A DNA stretch of 64,000 nucleotides, from assembly GCF_001949145.1 (NCBI RefSeq), contig NW_019091356.1, positions 4,632,934 to 4,696,933 of the forward strand, in the 5' to 3' direction. Numbering within the stretch: position 1 is the stretch's first letter; each line of letters starts with the position of its first letter. Origin of the DNA: Acanthaster planci. Its lineage: Eukaryota. Below the pieces are notes generated by a model, which was not told where the DNA came from, made no database searches, and saw only the letters and a program-made list of their open reading frames with translations. This document shows, piece after piece, positions 48,140 through 60,761 of this stretch. The position numbers and the translations under genes were made by a program.

Positions 48140-51100
48140 CGAAAAGGAATGGCAAGTTTATTTCGCACGTTGTCAAGCAATCCAGTGTTTGACCTGAAGA
48201 AAAGAAACGGAGTCTTTTAAACCACATTGAAGAGAAGGTGAAATACAGCCTTTTGCACCGTTAAGACAAAGAACCCGTGAACAAACCGTTTCTGTCTGAC
48301 AAAGCTGCCATCCCCTCTTACCAGAGATAGGTTCTTGTTAATACCATGCCAGCAAAGCAGTCGTTGACGGATGTCGATAGTGGCTCTTTCATACACACAG
48401 TTTGGACTAACTCCGTCAACAGAATGATTTCATGTGCTTGGAAACGGGGAGAGGATATTTTGTGAAGAGAATTCGCGCAACCATAACTGTTTCTGTTGTA
48501 AACTGGCCTTGCAACAAATGTGAATCGCTTTTTTTTCATCTTTTGCGAATTGTTACATACCAAATACAAGTTTGAGATTGGAGTGCCCCAGATTTTGACG
48601 GATCCAAACCATAGATAAATGACACATGATTTACCATATGTGTCGATAAAAACGTAGCACTGCCAAGTGTGACTGTCATCTTAAACATTATGAGATTTTT
48701 GTATGTATGTCTATTGCAACCGAATCTATTACATTACAATCACAGTTGAGATAAAAGGAGTTCTGCTCACCTTCAAGATGAGGCTAACAGCGAAAACGAT
48801 AACAATCCTTATAATCCATCTCGCCTAGTATTCACTGAGAAACACGACGCCACTCCTGTCGTTAATTGTGTGAAGCCTTTTGAGGACAAGGATTCATGCT
48901 GACGTCGCTTTCCTCCCTGATGGCGGCAAGTCCTTGGAGACTGGAAAGACTACGAACCGGCCGGATATTACGGAGCGATGTACCTTCTTAGCTCGTCACA
49001 GAGTGAGTGGTTTCCTTTTACGTGCTCCGTTGGCGTCTTTTGGCGATATTTTTATGTCGTCTCTCACGAACAGCCAAAGCTGCTCCAGCTTACATTATTC
49101 TGCATGTCGGCATGGATGCAATTTGAAGACGAGCGATTTTTGATCCGGAACAAAACCCAATCTGTTTGGAAACAGAGCACAGTGCAAGCTGAGTGCGGTG
49201 TACTCCGTAGCTCGACCGTTTGCAGTGTTCATATCGGATGTAATTTGTTCCATGAACGCCAAAGGAAGCACATGTATGTCTCAACTGAGGCAATACATAA
49301 AAGGATGGAACAATTTTACCTTACTGGCTGTGCATGGCTTATATCAACTCTCATCAGTGTCTTCGAAAAGCCGGCTAAACGGCAGGTGAAAACAAAGCGA
49401 ACCTTGGTGTCCTACCTCCAGTCGGATTCGTTGACAGCTGCTTTGCTTTAGCTGTTGCAAAATTGTCCTTGTGTCTGTTGTATTCTTCCAATTTGCTCTA
49501 ATCCAGTGTTTGCGATCACGAACCCTTACAGGAAACCGTCTGTTGTGAAGTCTAACTGCAAATTTGGCTGTGGAGCTTTATATAGCAGTTCCTGTATTTC
49601 ACGGCCGTTACATCTCATCTTTCACTGGACGCATGCCCCGTTCGTCACTCATTCTCGTAATCTCTCATGCACCCCTTGTGCTAGTAGTGGTGTTGTTAAT
49701 TGGGGCACTCCGTGCAATTTCACCATGGCTACGGTCTCTCTAAATTGATTTTCAGGTGTTATGAAGGGCGATGATTTGTGGCACGGCCCGACTGGGACCC
49801 ACTACTACTGAAGTCATTCGTTAAAAGCTTGAACCGTATCTTCAGCGGAAATTGCTGAGGTGAAACGGCAAAATGAATACGGATGCAAGACTACAGCCAC
49901 AGCGTCGATTTACTGTGTCGCCGTCACCAACGACTAGTGAACACAAACATCATGAATAGCGGTCTCCAGTTGCCATGCCTGTGGTGGTAATGAGGGAAAT
50001 ATTTTGATTTTCATTCACCACAGGGAGGACACATGCCTGGTGTTTGCGTTTATTACACGGAGCGCAAATCATCCTGGGGTGCCTCTTTATACAGAGATGA
50101 CACCGACATTGATAGGTTATCAGGAAATGAAAATTGGCGTTGCTTTGGCTTAGGACTGGCAGATGGACGAGGCCAAACTCAGCTCTTGATATCTGCTTGA
50201 TGATTAACATGGAAAAGGAGTTAGTTTTCCCTTATTGGGGCAAGCAAAGGACATATGCATTGAGGAGGGAACGCGCCCTCATGTGTCCAAAAACATCAGT
50301 TGACGCCAGTAGCACCCTGTGGAAAAGCTTTCCGAAATTGGGTTGAGTGTATGGAAGTTGGCCTAGCGAAACTCAAGGGCAAATTAGCCATGGTAACCTA
50401 TGCACAATATATCCTGAGTACCAGGGAAAATCGACTTCGCTTGACTAATTATCACTACATCGAACTTCGCCATAATTGATGCACATCAGTTAGGACAGCC
50501 CATTAGAGTGGCACAGAGGGGACGAATCAAACGCATATCGCGACAGATTGTCTCGATATTTGCGCTGTTTCCACGCAGAGTCAGTTATAGACTCAAGATG
50601 AGTACTTAATCTTATTTACTTGCAAAGCATATTCATTGCATTAGGTATTGGATGACTTGAAGTAGTCCCGTAAAAGAAATATATTATAAAGTTTATCTCA
50701 TTGGTTCTCAACAGAATTCCTCGCTGCAGCAGCCAGTTTCACTGAAGCTTCCTCTCCTCATACGGCTGATTTGATAAGCCACCTGCTCAATATTCCTACT
50801 TCCTTGCCTAGGTATCTAATCGTGTTATCCGATTGAATCGTTCAGTAGGCCCCCTAACGCCGCTTGTAACGTGCATTCGTGCAATTTGAATCCGAGTCTC
50901 GACACTGGCGTCTCAATTATGATTCCCTTTTTGCGGTACCTCTAGTTTTCTGACCTGAGTATTTGACTTCGTAAAAAGAATTCAGAATGCTTTAACAAAA
51001 ACAATACGGCAAAGACAAACGCCCAGGGGATCAGTCGGGGTGTTGGTTAATGCACGATAAGTGTTCAGACGCCAGGAAATCATAAAAGGATGGATATGAC

Positions 51101-51809
51101 GTCACAGTGCTTAAATATTGTGCACATCCACCAAGGCTACCACCGGAAAACTTAAATTTTACACTGTCTTTCTTTAGCCCTTCTGCCCGATTGAATAATA
51201 ACCAAACAGGATTGAACACGTTTGAATGCCTTTGTCATGGGCTTCGATTGTCAAGCAGCGATCAGTGCAAATCCTCAGCTAACTTGGCCAATATTGGGCC
51301 GACTCACATTAGATTATCATGTCCTTTTTCAAAAGCTTGTTTTCTCACAAGGGCAGTCTGTGATGTTTTCCTTTCAACTTAGTTCCACGGGGCTAGTTGA
51401 CCACCGAGCCGTATTTGAATGCAAGTTTACACGCACAAGGACTGGTTTTCATCAGCGGTTGAACGTTATAACAGACATTCCATGTAATAATGTCGCCCTT
51501 TTTTGCAGACAAGTGGGGAGGAATCATAGTTAAGTCTGGATTCCGTGGCGACCAAGGTCGATTTAAGTTTAGAAGACGCCTGGAGATACAGATCAGAAGT
51601 GCGCCGACCACTCAGCTGTATTAATTAATGCGCGCCTAATGCAAGGTCACACGTAGGCCCGTCCAATGGCAGAATTTGGTTGAACCTCACAATCAACAAA
51701 CGTGGTAATTCTGTCATAATTTTGACGAGCGATAAGGAAGATGTTTTACGTCAGGTACATACACGACTACATTTCTGCTGTCAATATTAATTTCCGTAAG
51801 TTGACGTTG

Positions 51810-51995
51810 ATGCTGACTGGTTTTCATGTGGTATTAACGGGTTTTGAACTGATTGAACTTGCACGAACTGGTTTTCGGTTGTCTAACTGATGTGAATCGG
51901 TTTCCAATTGGTAGGAACTGACTTGTAATGTTTATTAAATGGTTTTAACTATTTTGTGACTTGTGTCAAATTGTCAAGCGTCCAGTTGGTTTTTG
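51810..51995. repeat. Degenerate ~10-bp periodic repeat (aactggtttt-like)
   Basis: gactggtttt, aacgggtttt, gaactggtttt, aatcggtttc, aaatggtttt, agttggtttt. Confidence 0.5.
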
Positions 51996-52549
51996 CACAA
52001 AATGAATAAATTAAGACAGGTGGCGTATTACTTCAGTACATTTATTACATATTAATACTTCTACCCTATTTCGTAACCAATAACAAGAAACACAAATCCA
52101 ACACTGTACATTTCAATGTAATCAAGCATCCCTCCAATTAGCAACTGTTGACTATTTGGGGGTCATTCTGACCACGGCACAGTAATTCACTATTTGGAAC
52201 GTTATTTTAGGGAAATACACCGGAACCGGTATTTACAAGCCCCCTCCCGAAGGATATAGGAACATGTGAATTTGTGTAAAAGAATTGAGTTGTTAGTGAA
52301 TTTATTTGCCCGCAATTTATTTGATAAAGTAGAGGTGTCTGTCTTTCATCCTGAGGAATTTGCTAGAGTAGACGTTGTGAGTTGATTGGTTCATATGTAC
52401 GATAGTGAGAAACTTGCATGTTGCTTTCATGTTGTAGATGTAATAATGACATCTACGGCAGTCTCGTGCTCTTGGTACCATTACTTATGCTTCCATCCCA
52501 TCTCGCATGATTTTATTCATGGTCTATCGCGCTGCTTTTGGATATACAG

Positions 52550-53235
52550 TTGATCGAGCGGAATGATATCAGCGGGGTGAGACAGCTGCTGAAAGACGAA
52601 CATTGTGTAGATGTGATAGATTACGATGACCTTGGCCAATCAGCATTGATCATTGCTATTGATCTCGACTCCTGTGGTGAGTCTGGAGCTTGTTTCACAA
52701 CATAAAGTGTCCAAGATTTGGTAGTTTTCAGTCATAAATTTTGGAAAAGGGGGAATCGTTTCACTCAGTAAATATGCATGTGGTGTCTTTGACATGTTAC
52801 ATGTCAGTGCGTGTATTCCTCAAGAGATTTCTCTACCTGCACGTTTTTATCGTTTTTGTTTTAATTCTCACCGTATAGTTTACGATACGTCTCGTGGTCT
52901 AGTGATTCGTTCCGTTTGTGGTATTGATGCTTGGTTTCTGTCGGTACTTGACATATTTTGTTCAGTCGTAGGCCTACTTTCATTTTTGAACAAAAAGTAG
53001 TGGAAAATCTTCTCTCCCAAAGGCATTGTAAACTCAACCTATTTTCAGTTAGGAAGACGCAGAGTGGTCGCTAGAGAGATAGCGCTATTGCATGTACTTG
53101 TACATATTGGTTCTTCCAGATATGATTGATTGTTTACTGCGGTGGGGATTAGATCCTGGTGACGCGTTGTTTCACGCCATAGAAACACACAATACGACGG
53201 CAGTCCAAACAATGTGTGATAGCCTGCCAGAGATG
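52550..53235 (+). pseudogene. TRPC-channel-like N-terminal ankyrin-repeat exons (gene fragment)
   Basis: Exon 52550-52676 LIERNDISGVRQLLKDEHCVDVIDYDDLGQSALIIAIDLDSC joins in phase to exon 53120-53235 DMIDCLLRWGLDPGDALFHAIETHNTTAVQTMC. This resembles the TRPC pattern 'VERGD..VR..L / D.LG.SAL.IAI / GDALLHAI'. A possible upstream exon ends at 51754 (LTSDKEDVLRQ). I found no start codon or downstream channel exons. Confidence 0.6.
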
Positions 53236-54280
53236 GTAAAATGCAGATGAATGCAAATTAAATACAACATGCTACCCTAGACTTGTGTCGATCAGTTCTC
53301 AAAGTTTTGGGTCTCTGGAGACAGAAGAATGGCAGTAATCATGTTGGACTCACAAAGCCAATAATCATGAAAGGGGCATTATAACAGGCGCTTGTACCCA
53401 CCAGAAAAAACACTGTTTTTTACCGCAAGTTTCAAAAGTCGTTTTTTTGTAATAGAGGCATTGTCTGTTTAGCATGCCAATGAAAAACGAGCAATTGGCC
53501 ATGTGATGAGTTGAACTGGAAAGAAAGTTTCGGCCTACGAATTGATAAATGAATAAATATGGATTAATCATTGTTCAAGTCAGTCCAAGTCCCATGACAA
53601 GACCAGTTATCAGCAGGTGAACTATTAAAAAAGAATGCTTTTGTCACAATACCCAATGACTTGTGGACTTGTTGGCTTCTGGTGGACGCGACTACAACAC
53701 TGGGATAAATATACCAAGCGCTTTGGTACTTGTGGAGAGTGTCAATCCTGACAAAAGCCACTTTTTTCTATTTCAAAATGTTTCTCATATTTCCAATCCT
53801 GGGTGTCATCGTGTCTTAGAAGCCTATAAGGTGGGTTCTTATAATCTTGTCTTTCAAATATTATTTAGTCATTCCAATTCTCAATATCTATAATGAATTC
53901 CTACCAGTCTCTTGTAGCTCTCACTGTTAAATTTTCAACTGATTCTTTCTTCAAGCTTGGTCTTAAGCCAAGCTCTTTCTGAGCGTTTTGCCTCTTGTGA
54001 TGGTAATGCAAAATTGTACAATTGTTGAGCGCGGTATCGCAGCGTTCCTGCGTAACATTGTCCGTGTTAAGTAATCGTTTTATGTGAAATCACCAAACGC
54101 AATAATGGGATCCTCAGCCTGTAGACCATCCCCTAACAAGCCTTAAGTTGTTGCATTGCAAACAACTGCCTACTGCATTGAGCGTCGACATCTTGACCAG
54201 CCAGATTAACTCTGCATCAGCTGCTGTTTTGCTTTAATATTTCGTAATAACGGTCAGGTTGTCTCAACTATCTTGGCAGC

Positions 54281-57200
54281 ATGAACTCCAATGTGTTGGT
54301 GTGGTTGGTTGTTTTGTGTTCGTCCCCTGGGAACGCAATCATTCGTACTGAGTAGTGAGTATTTCTCGATATTCATGTTAAATATTACGGTCATCATCTC
54401 ATCCACTGCATTACGACCTTTTGTGAATCAGGTCACGTACCTCAGGATTTAGTAATTCTGCTGGTGACTATGGCCTACCAAAAAAGGAAGCGTAGTGTGA
54501 TGAAGCATTGGAAACAGGAGTATATCAAGCTTGGTGTCCTTGTTTAGTATCTTTAGTGAGGCTGAATACTGATTGAAAACTCATTTAATACGCTCGATTT
54601 CTTGAAACTTTGTGCTTTTCACTCAATCATCCTTGCAAGTTAAGAGGTTTTGCATGTTTTCTTTTTCTGCATGCGAGGTGTCAGTCTGAACTTACACCTG
54701 TTAATACTAAAATCCTCTTGTGGAAAGTGTAGAAGACAATGATCTGTTCAGCATTGTTTTATCATCATCAGACATTCTCTTCTGAAACTGATTCTTTCCT
54801 CCCTTTTTCAGTCGTATTCCGTTACCCTTTACGCTGGACGAGGTATGTACTCTTGATGTTGTGAAGGTTACCAAGAAACTGTTTTGAGTTTATTTGATTG
54901 CGCGGTCTTTCTACTTTGACTTGACCGTCATTCTAATTTGAATTGTCAATTTGCCTTTATTCTTTTTATCTCACTTGGTTTGGATTGATTTTGATTGACT
55001 TGTTGACTTAATTGACTTGGTTTTAAGTCATGGTGTTGATAGTGTTCTGGATTTTAGAGCTGTTACAGGGAGCAACTTGGCACTTAAACCTTCACATGAA
55101 AACGCCATACAGGTTACAGTCCCCTTGGCACAGGACACGACCAAATTTGGTTTATTCATTCTTGATTACAAAAAATAAGGTACCCAACTCATGAAAGTTA
55201 CAGGTGTAATGACCAAACTACATGCAAGCTATACATGTCACTAGAAGAACAAAAGGACTTTTTACACAATATCCCTGTATCGTAAAAGCTACTACAAAAC
55301 CGTTTAATAACCTGAAAAAAGGTATAAAACCGTTCAATTCATTACATCAATATAAAAGCAAACTTTCGACTGTGAACCTTAGACATGTCAATATAAGATT
55401 TATAAAATGAACTTTAAAGGTGGGTAAAGCAGTTAAATGTAATTAGAAATTTTCCGACTGACAATAGACAAGAGTTTCGTAAATAGAACGTAAAATGTTT
55501 TGTAGTATCCAATGTCTGACCGTGTTCCCATTTTTACTCACGGAAGTCGGTCTCTCCTCAACTAGTCAATAGTCAATAGTCTATTCTAGTCAATAGTGGG
55601 AAGCTGCAGTGTTCATAATCCTGCAATATTGTGGGGTTCCTGTTTTTGTTTACAGTGCCGTATTGGGCATTTATGGTCCACAGCGCAGTGGGCCATCCTT
55701 AATAGTGATGCTGAAGGAGGAGTCGAAATCGTGGAGAATGAGCCGAGTGAATTTGGCCGTTACACCTTTAAGATCTTCCGTGCAGACAGGTGAAGCTACA
55801 AGCTTCGTATCGTTTTTGATGTCACTTTTTAATTTTCACATGAATAAGAACTGACGGCTTGGATCGGGCTATTGTATTAGTTGATGAAACACCAGAACTA
55901 AGGTGGCACCCAATGAAATCTGAATTTGTAGATGTCACAGGATGGCGCCACACAAGCTTAGCGTACCTTGAAATCGATGGGCGTCTGCATGTAGTAAGGA
56001 TCAAAGTATCTCATTAGTCGAAGATAACTTTTAAAGAGGCGCCTTCCTCGGAGCAAGACGCCACCGTAGCTATCGTATCAAATTCTGTTCACTGATTTAG
56101 GTCAGTGTTTACACCTTCATTCCATTGAAGAGAAGATTTGAGGTGACTTTATATTTCAGTTTATGTGTTACAGCTGTCAAGATTGTTATTTGACAAAGTG
56201 GAAAGGTATGTGAATAATTTGCCCGAACCAGAGCAATGAAGCCTTGCTCGTTGTCAATGCGCATTCTAACGTTTCACACCAGCCCATTTCCGTTCCTTAT
56301 TTGCTCAATTGTGATACAGTGAAACGACCATGTACAATGCGTCATGTTTTTCGATTCGCAATGTCATTTTGGAGTGGTTTTTGCCCCTTTCGCGGTAACC
56401 AGATGGAAACTAGGACCGTCCGACAGACATGTGCTTAATGCCAGCGAATATCACCCGTCATTTTGTGTGTGTCTCTTTTCAGTAAAATTCCAAACACCAT
56501 CAGGTTGCTTGCACCAAAAGGATCTCTGTTTTTTATGGAAAAGTCATGGAATGACTTTCCCCAAGTGAAGACCGAAGTTGGCGTAAGTATTCGAAAACGT
56601 TCGTCCCAACGAGGACTAGGAACCAAAAGGTTTCCTTTGGTATTCTGTTTCCCTAATAACTGCCAATTTGAATAAAAATTTGATGTTAATATCATTAATT
56701 TCAATTCATTTCAGCAGAGGTCTGGTGGAAAAAAGTCGCGTTTCTGAACAAACAAACAAACAAACCTATTTGTCTCTAAAAGCACTTATTTCCTTTCCAG
56801 ACAGGTGACAATAACAGTCTGTTGTTTCATTGATTGCATGGTAATCAAGACAATCGTTTTCAATCAGCCAGTGCTGGTGGAAAGTTTGGAAATTATACCC
56901 CTTATTGTGTTTACATAAAACAGGTGGAAAAGTCTCCCTTTAAGGTAAGTGCATAAAGAGTGATGACGTCATAACTACGATGAAAACACATTTCTTTTCT
57001 TTTATTTTCCACTCGTCTAGAGCCCGTACATGAAAGAAACGTTTCACATTAAAACCTTTTCACGGTATGTAGAAGCGGATGACTGCCAACAGGATAACGT
57101 AAGCAGTGTCGATTATTTTCATTACATTGGAAACGCTCGTGTGGATATTTTTGGCAGAAAAACTCCGATCTGTCAGCATAAAGTCTTTACAATTAGGAGC

Positions 57201-59175
57201 CAAAAAAGCATTTTGTGTTGCTAGACGCTGCAAACCGGTATTATACCAAGCCTTATAGGATTTTAGACGATCTTTGAAAGTTGGACAAAGTTTCCTGTGA
57301 ACTACACGTGTAGTCTTTTTGACACGGTCGATCCATTATAGTTTTATCTTTGTGTCCTCTGATTAATTTCACCACCGATGTGTACCAATTTTTCTGCCAC
57401 CGTTAGATTTTTGACGGCATTTACTCTGGCAGTAGAACAGTAATTCCTGTGGACATAGTAAATGACAAAATAAATCCAAAGGTAAGTTGTAACTTCCAGT
57501 TTTCAGACAAAATAGATGCCCCTTTCAGTTGGAGTTATAATTCCCTCAAAACATAACAAAGCAACCAAACACAAACAAAGCAACTTGGACAAAAAAAGAA
57601 CCTAACTTCAGTGATAACTGTAAAACTGCATGAAACCCCTGGGCCGTCTTTGTTGATATGAAGGTGTCAGAGTCACCAAACGGGTAGTTCTTGGCGTAGC
57701 TTACATCAAAGAGGATAATGACAGCTGGCGTTCTATGGGCGCCCAGCAATGAAGTTTGGTTCAATGTGGCTTTTTTGTTGTTTCTGTTTGAAGAGGTAGA
57801 AGCCAATCCCCTCAACTCGTAAGTGACGTCATTTTTCTCATCTACTCACAGTGTCCAATGCACTGATACCTTTGTTTTTCAGGAGTACCGAGAAGACGAA
57901 GATCCTTCAAAATGTCACAGAGGAAAATTGAATGTCAATCCTGACTGGAAGGTATAGTGTAAATCGGTAACCAGAAAGATCCAATTTGGTATTTTAAAAG
58001 AGCAACGTCAAGGTCCTCTCAACACAAAACGGTTTATGTCATTGGTTTAGCATTCAGATTTCTCATTTTTGCTGGTGTTAACTACTGTATTGTTAAAAAA
58101 TGCCGTTGAACTGTCCATTTGCAGACTTCAGAAGTTCGCGTGTGTGTCTACAAGTTGGTGGAATTGGAATTCGTATGGCACGACATAAATAGTGTGGAGG
58201 GTTTGATACAGAAGGTATTGAAAACTTCTCACTTTTAAGTCGCCTCAGTCCTTAGATTCCCACAAAGTAAAGCTCTGTTGAGATTGTAGAGAAGTCAATC
58301 ACTGTTCATATCAAACGTAGGGCCGGTAGTACTTTTATTCGGTTTTTATTATTCTTTTCTCGATAATTTTTATTTTATTTCTCCACACAATACAAAAGTT
58401 GGCTTTGTTGAAAAGTTACATCTGATGTTTTGAGTGGAAATTTGAAACCTGAATCTGTTTTTTCAAGAGTCACAGCCTACAGGTGAATTGCTCATTATTG
58501 GACCTTTTGAACGCCGTGTTTGTGGAATGATTTGGAACATTTCAGTTGGTCTTTCTCTGTTGTAGGCTGCAACACAATATTTCAGGCAGCTTCATCGTCA
58601 GATGTTCTGCTGGGCTGACAAGTGGATCGACCTGTCCATGAAGGATATCCGTGCATTTGAATATAAAGTGCAGCAAGATCTGATGAAGGTAAAAATTGAA
58701 CCGATTTCAATCTGGAAACCTTCGACAAGTGGCAATGAAGATTGTATACTGCAAAAATGTGAGATGTGGTAATTATTAATAGTGCAATTTTCTCTTGTTT
58801 CTCGTATTTCGGATAATAACACACTTATGCAATTATTACCAAAAGTCGAATTAAAGGTGAAAATGTGCAGATTAGCGCAAACTTCAAGGTACAAGCGTTT
58901 TATCGTGGAGGTTACAGCGTCTTTTTGATAACTGCCCCAAAATATTACATCCATTCGCCAGAAAATACCGGTGAAGGATAGCGCTATGTCATAACGTTAC
59001 TCACAAATTGCTGGTTTTTGTACCATATACGGCCGTTCCCTTTAGCTAATAATATGGAACATCGTGCAGCGTCTATAGCAAACACTTGGTTATATTAATT
59101 GGATCACTTGTGCTAATGGTTGGCAGTTGGTCATTTCATTGACAGAAAAGATCCCAAGGAGAAGTGATGGGTTGA
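54281..59175 (+). CDS. Phosphatidylinositol transfer protein (class I PITP-like) with an N-terminal hydrophobic leader, 267 aa
   Basis: 10 exons: 54281-54354, 54812-54842, 55656-55789, 56483-56582, 57021-57098, 57407-57481, 57883-57951, 58125-58214, 58566-58688, 59146-59175 (804 nt, all in phase). Motifs EYRIPLPFTLDE, GVEIVENEP, GRYTFKIF, IRLLAPKGSL..EKSWN.FP, EDP, CVYKLV, HRQMFCWADKWIDLSMKDIRAFE. Confidence 0.88.
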
Positions 59176-59947
59176 GTAAGCCAAAGAATGTGATAAATCT
59201 ACAGCATCAACCAGGAGCGACTGGAGCATGAATAGGAAATCCTTCATTGTCATCAACGTTGATGGTTTATCCTGTGGCACATTGTCTTGTATGCTTAGAT
59301 ACAGGAGACAGAAGGAGTAGCTATCTATTTTCTAATCATTCACTTCCAACGAAAACCGGTAGGCCCTACATAGATCTTGGTTGCATTGCTGCAATACGCA
59401 GTAATATTCATGAGAACAGGTTGAGCTGAATATTCACTTTTTCTGTAAGTTCATCTGGTTATGAGCAATAATGCGCAAGTTTATTAATATGTGGTGTATT
59501 AACCGTTTGGAATCTCGTCTGTGGTCGCCTTTTAATGCACTATGTAATAAATATTTTACTACAACCTGAAAATTGCACGTTTGTGTTTAATTGACTTTAT
59601 TTTCAATTTGATCATTTTCAATCAACTCTCTCCATAAGTTCTTCACAATTTTAGTTATAGTGCGATTTTGACCTAAAGTGGAATGATTATTAAATGTAAA
59701 CAATTACCAACTTCTTTGAACTCTTCCTAGTGTTTGCTAATTATGTTCTCGACTCTGCCATTTAAACCATGTCCCATTTTCTGTAGCTGGAGGCACTGGC
59801 CACCTTGAGCAGAAGCATCCCCGCCTTGGTCGATGCGACCGTGACGTGCGCTCTTCCTAGTCGTTCGGGAACCAGCGAAGTTCATTTCCGACCAAAGGAG
59901 TCTCTTGCTAAGGAAACAGGTCCAGCCGGAGGCCCGTAGCCCTATTA

Positions 59948-60165
59948 GGGCCGTTTCCAATACTCAACTTCGGCTCCGTCTCAGGCTTCAACTGTTTTTT
60001 GTTTTTTTTGCTACCTGACTTTGAAGCTGTAAGCGCAGTAATCAGTCTAATAGTGCCACAGAACATCAAATAAGATGCAAGAGAGCAAAAACTTACTGTA
60101 ATCCAATTCGATTTGAACGCTTCAGGCCCATAGTCGGGAATTGGTTTCGGGGACGAAGCCTGAGA
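59948..60165. mobile_element. Truncated MITE-like insertion
   Basis: Inverted repeat tctcaggcttc (59979-59989) / gaagcctgaga (60155-60165). Its right end abuts the duplicated PITP exon remnant. Confidence 0.45.
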
Positions 60166-60761
60166 TGTTCTGCTGGACATACCAGTGGATTTACATGTCT
60201 ATGGAGGATATCCGTGCATTTGAACATAAACTGAAGGAAGACCTGAACAAGGTTAAATGGAACTGCTTACCTTCTGGTAACTTATGCCATAATAGTGAAG
60301 ATTGCCATATGGTAGGCATGGGCGTAAATCCCGGGGGATGGGGGTATATATCACTCGAGTTTTTGAGGGGGAGAGGTGGGCTATTGAATCATCCCCACAC
60401 ACATTTTGTGGTGTTGGCAAAATCAAAGCAGATTGTGAAGAGTTTTTTGGACTTCCCAACGACTGAGTGCATTCAATAGCACTTAAAAAGGAGGTAAGAC
60501 AAGTATCTCTTTAACACTCTCCAAAATTCTGTAGAAACAAACGTTTTAGTGACTGGATGTCTTACCTATACACAGATATCTTAGGCCTATGGCTATTTTG
60601 CCTCTAGCGACAGATTATGGAACATGGTTTACATTATGATTATGATAGATTATAATAGAAAATGCTTGGTTATTTAATTGGATTACCACATTATGATTAA
60701 ATGGTTATTTCATTGACAGAAAAGATCCAAAGGAGAAGCGATTGGAATGAGAGAGCAATAG
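60162..60761 (+). pseudogene. 5'-truncated duplicate of the last two PITP exons
   Basis: 60162-60251 EMFCWTYQWIYMSMEDIRAFEHKLKEDLNK|gttaaa and 60720-60761 KRSKGEAIGMREQ* parallel exons 58566-58688 and 59146-59175. Intron and 3' flank are also similar (cttggttat.taattggat; gaatctcgtctg.gg.cgccttt). Confidence 0.8.

Noticed and set aside
48880..51611. Short ORFs between the urea transporter and the ankyrin exons
   Set aside because: No recognisable domains or consistent exon chain; probably regulatory or intergenic.
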